Below, piece by piece: positions 63,870-64,000 of a stretch of DNA of 64,000 bases. The notes below the pieces were generated by a model, which was not told the origin of the DNA, searched no databases, and was given only the letters and a program-made list of their open reading frames with translations. How positions within the stretch are numbered: position 1 is the first letter of the stretch; the number at the start of each line of letters is the position of its first letter. Source of the DNA: Azolla caroliniana (Eukaryota; Plantae; Polypodiophyta); assembly GCA_043228905.1 (NCBI GenBank), contig JBHGNT010000001.1, positions 29,202,001 to 29,266,000 of the forward strand. Reading direction: 5' to 3'. Both the position numbers and the translations under genes were made by a program.

Positions 63870-63881
63870 GCTCTGATACCA
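63870..63881 (-). other. Primer-binding site (tRNA-iMet) of copia element 2
   Basis: Minus-strand TGGTATCAGAGC immediately follows the 5' LTR end CA; this is the canonical plant iMet PBS. Confidence 0.95.
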
Positions 63882-64000
63882 TGTGAAAAGTAACATGCGG
63901 AAGCAAGTATGAAGACCGAACAGAAGGAAGAAAACTCAGGTTTAATGGAGAGCTTGAGCTTACGCAGTATACGCGGGAGAGACAGAGAGAGAACACAAGA
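63882..64000 (-). repeat. 5' LTR (partial) of copia element 2
   Basis: Matches 59176-59294 except for two transitions (TAACGTGCGA vs TAACATGCGG). Confidence 0.95.

Larger units (their letters stand above)
59176..64000 (-). mobile_element. Ty1/copia LTR retrotransposon, near complete but defective; 5' LTR runs off the window
   Basis: gag (EKLDRTNYASWSYKMHQYL, 63809-63207), zinc knuckle CW*CGKKGHKESECW (~63025-62980), protease WYVDSGASNHMT, integrase (LWHKQIGH..CEACQLGKQ..IHSDVWGP..TPEQNGVAERKNR), RT (YKARLVAKG..QMDVKNVFL..LYGLKQAP..LYVDDL, 61497-60583), RNase H ([28 protein letters not shown], ends 60064). PBS, PPT and both LTRs are present. Confidence 0.97.

Overview
Eukaryotic land-plant nuclear DNA. 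The intron-rich genes and the style of the PLS-PPR motifs suggest a fern, but that is inference. From left to right the window holds: a decayed Ty1/copia LTR retrotransposon (1-4376, +) that appears to sit in an intron of an SHPRH-like SNF2/RING gene (3' 12 exons, 4889-13740, +); two intronless PLS-class PPR genes without a DYW domain (-); a CID7-like PAM2-CUE-(Smr) gene whose 3' end is decayed and partly duplicated (+); a four-CRM-domain CFM2-like plastid splicing factor (-); isopentenyl-diphosphate isomerase (-); augmin subunit AUG4 (-); a PPR pseudogene; and a second, younger Ty1/copia element with both LTRs, PBS and PPT visible (59176 to beyond 64000, -). All exon models were built by hand from splice sites and reading-frame phase, and protein identities come from remembered family motifs rather than database searches. 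I found no convincing new multi-gene system. The most interesting signals are local: a triplicated splice acceptor in AUG4 whose extra copies lead to a stop codon, loss of the Smr nuclease part of the CID7-like gene, a Cys-rich micro-repeat inserted inside a PPR motif, a doubled PPT with a long 3' spacer in the copia element, and an altered C-terminal targeting tripeptide in IDI.
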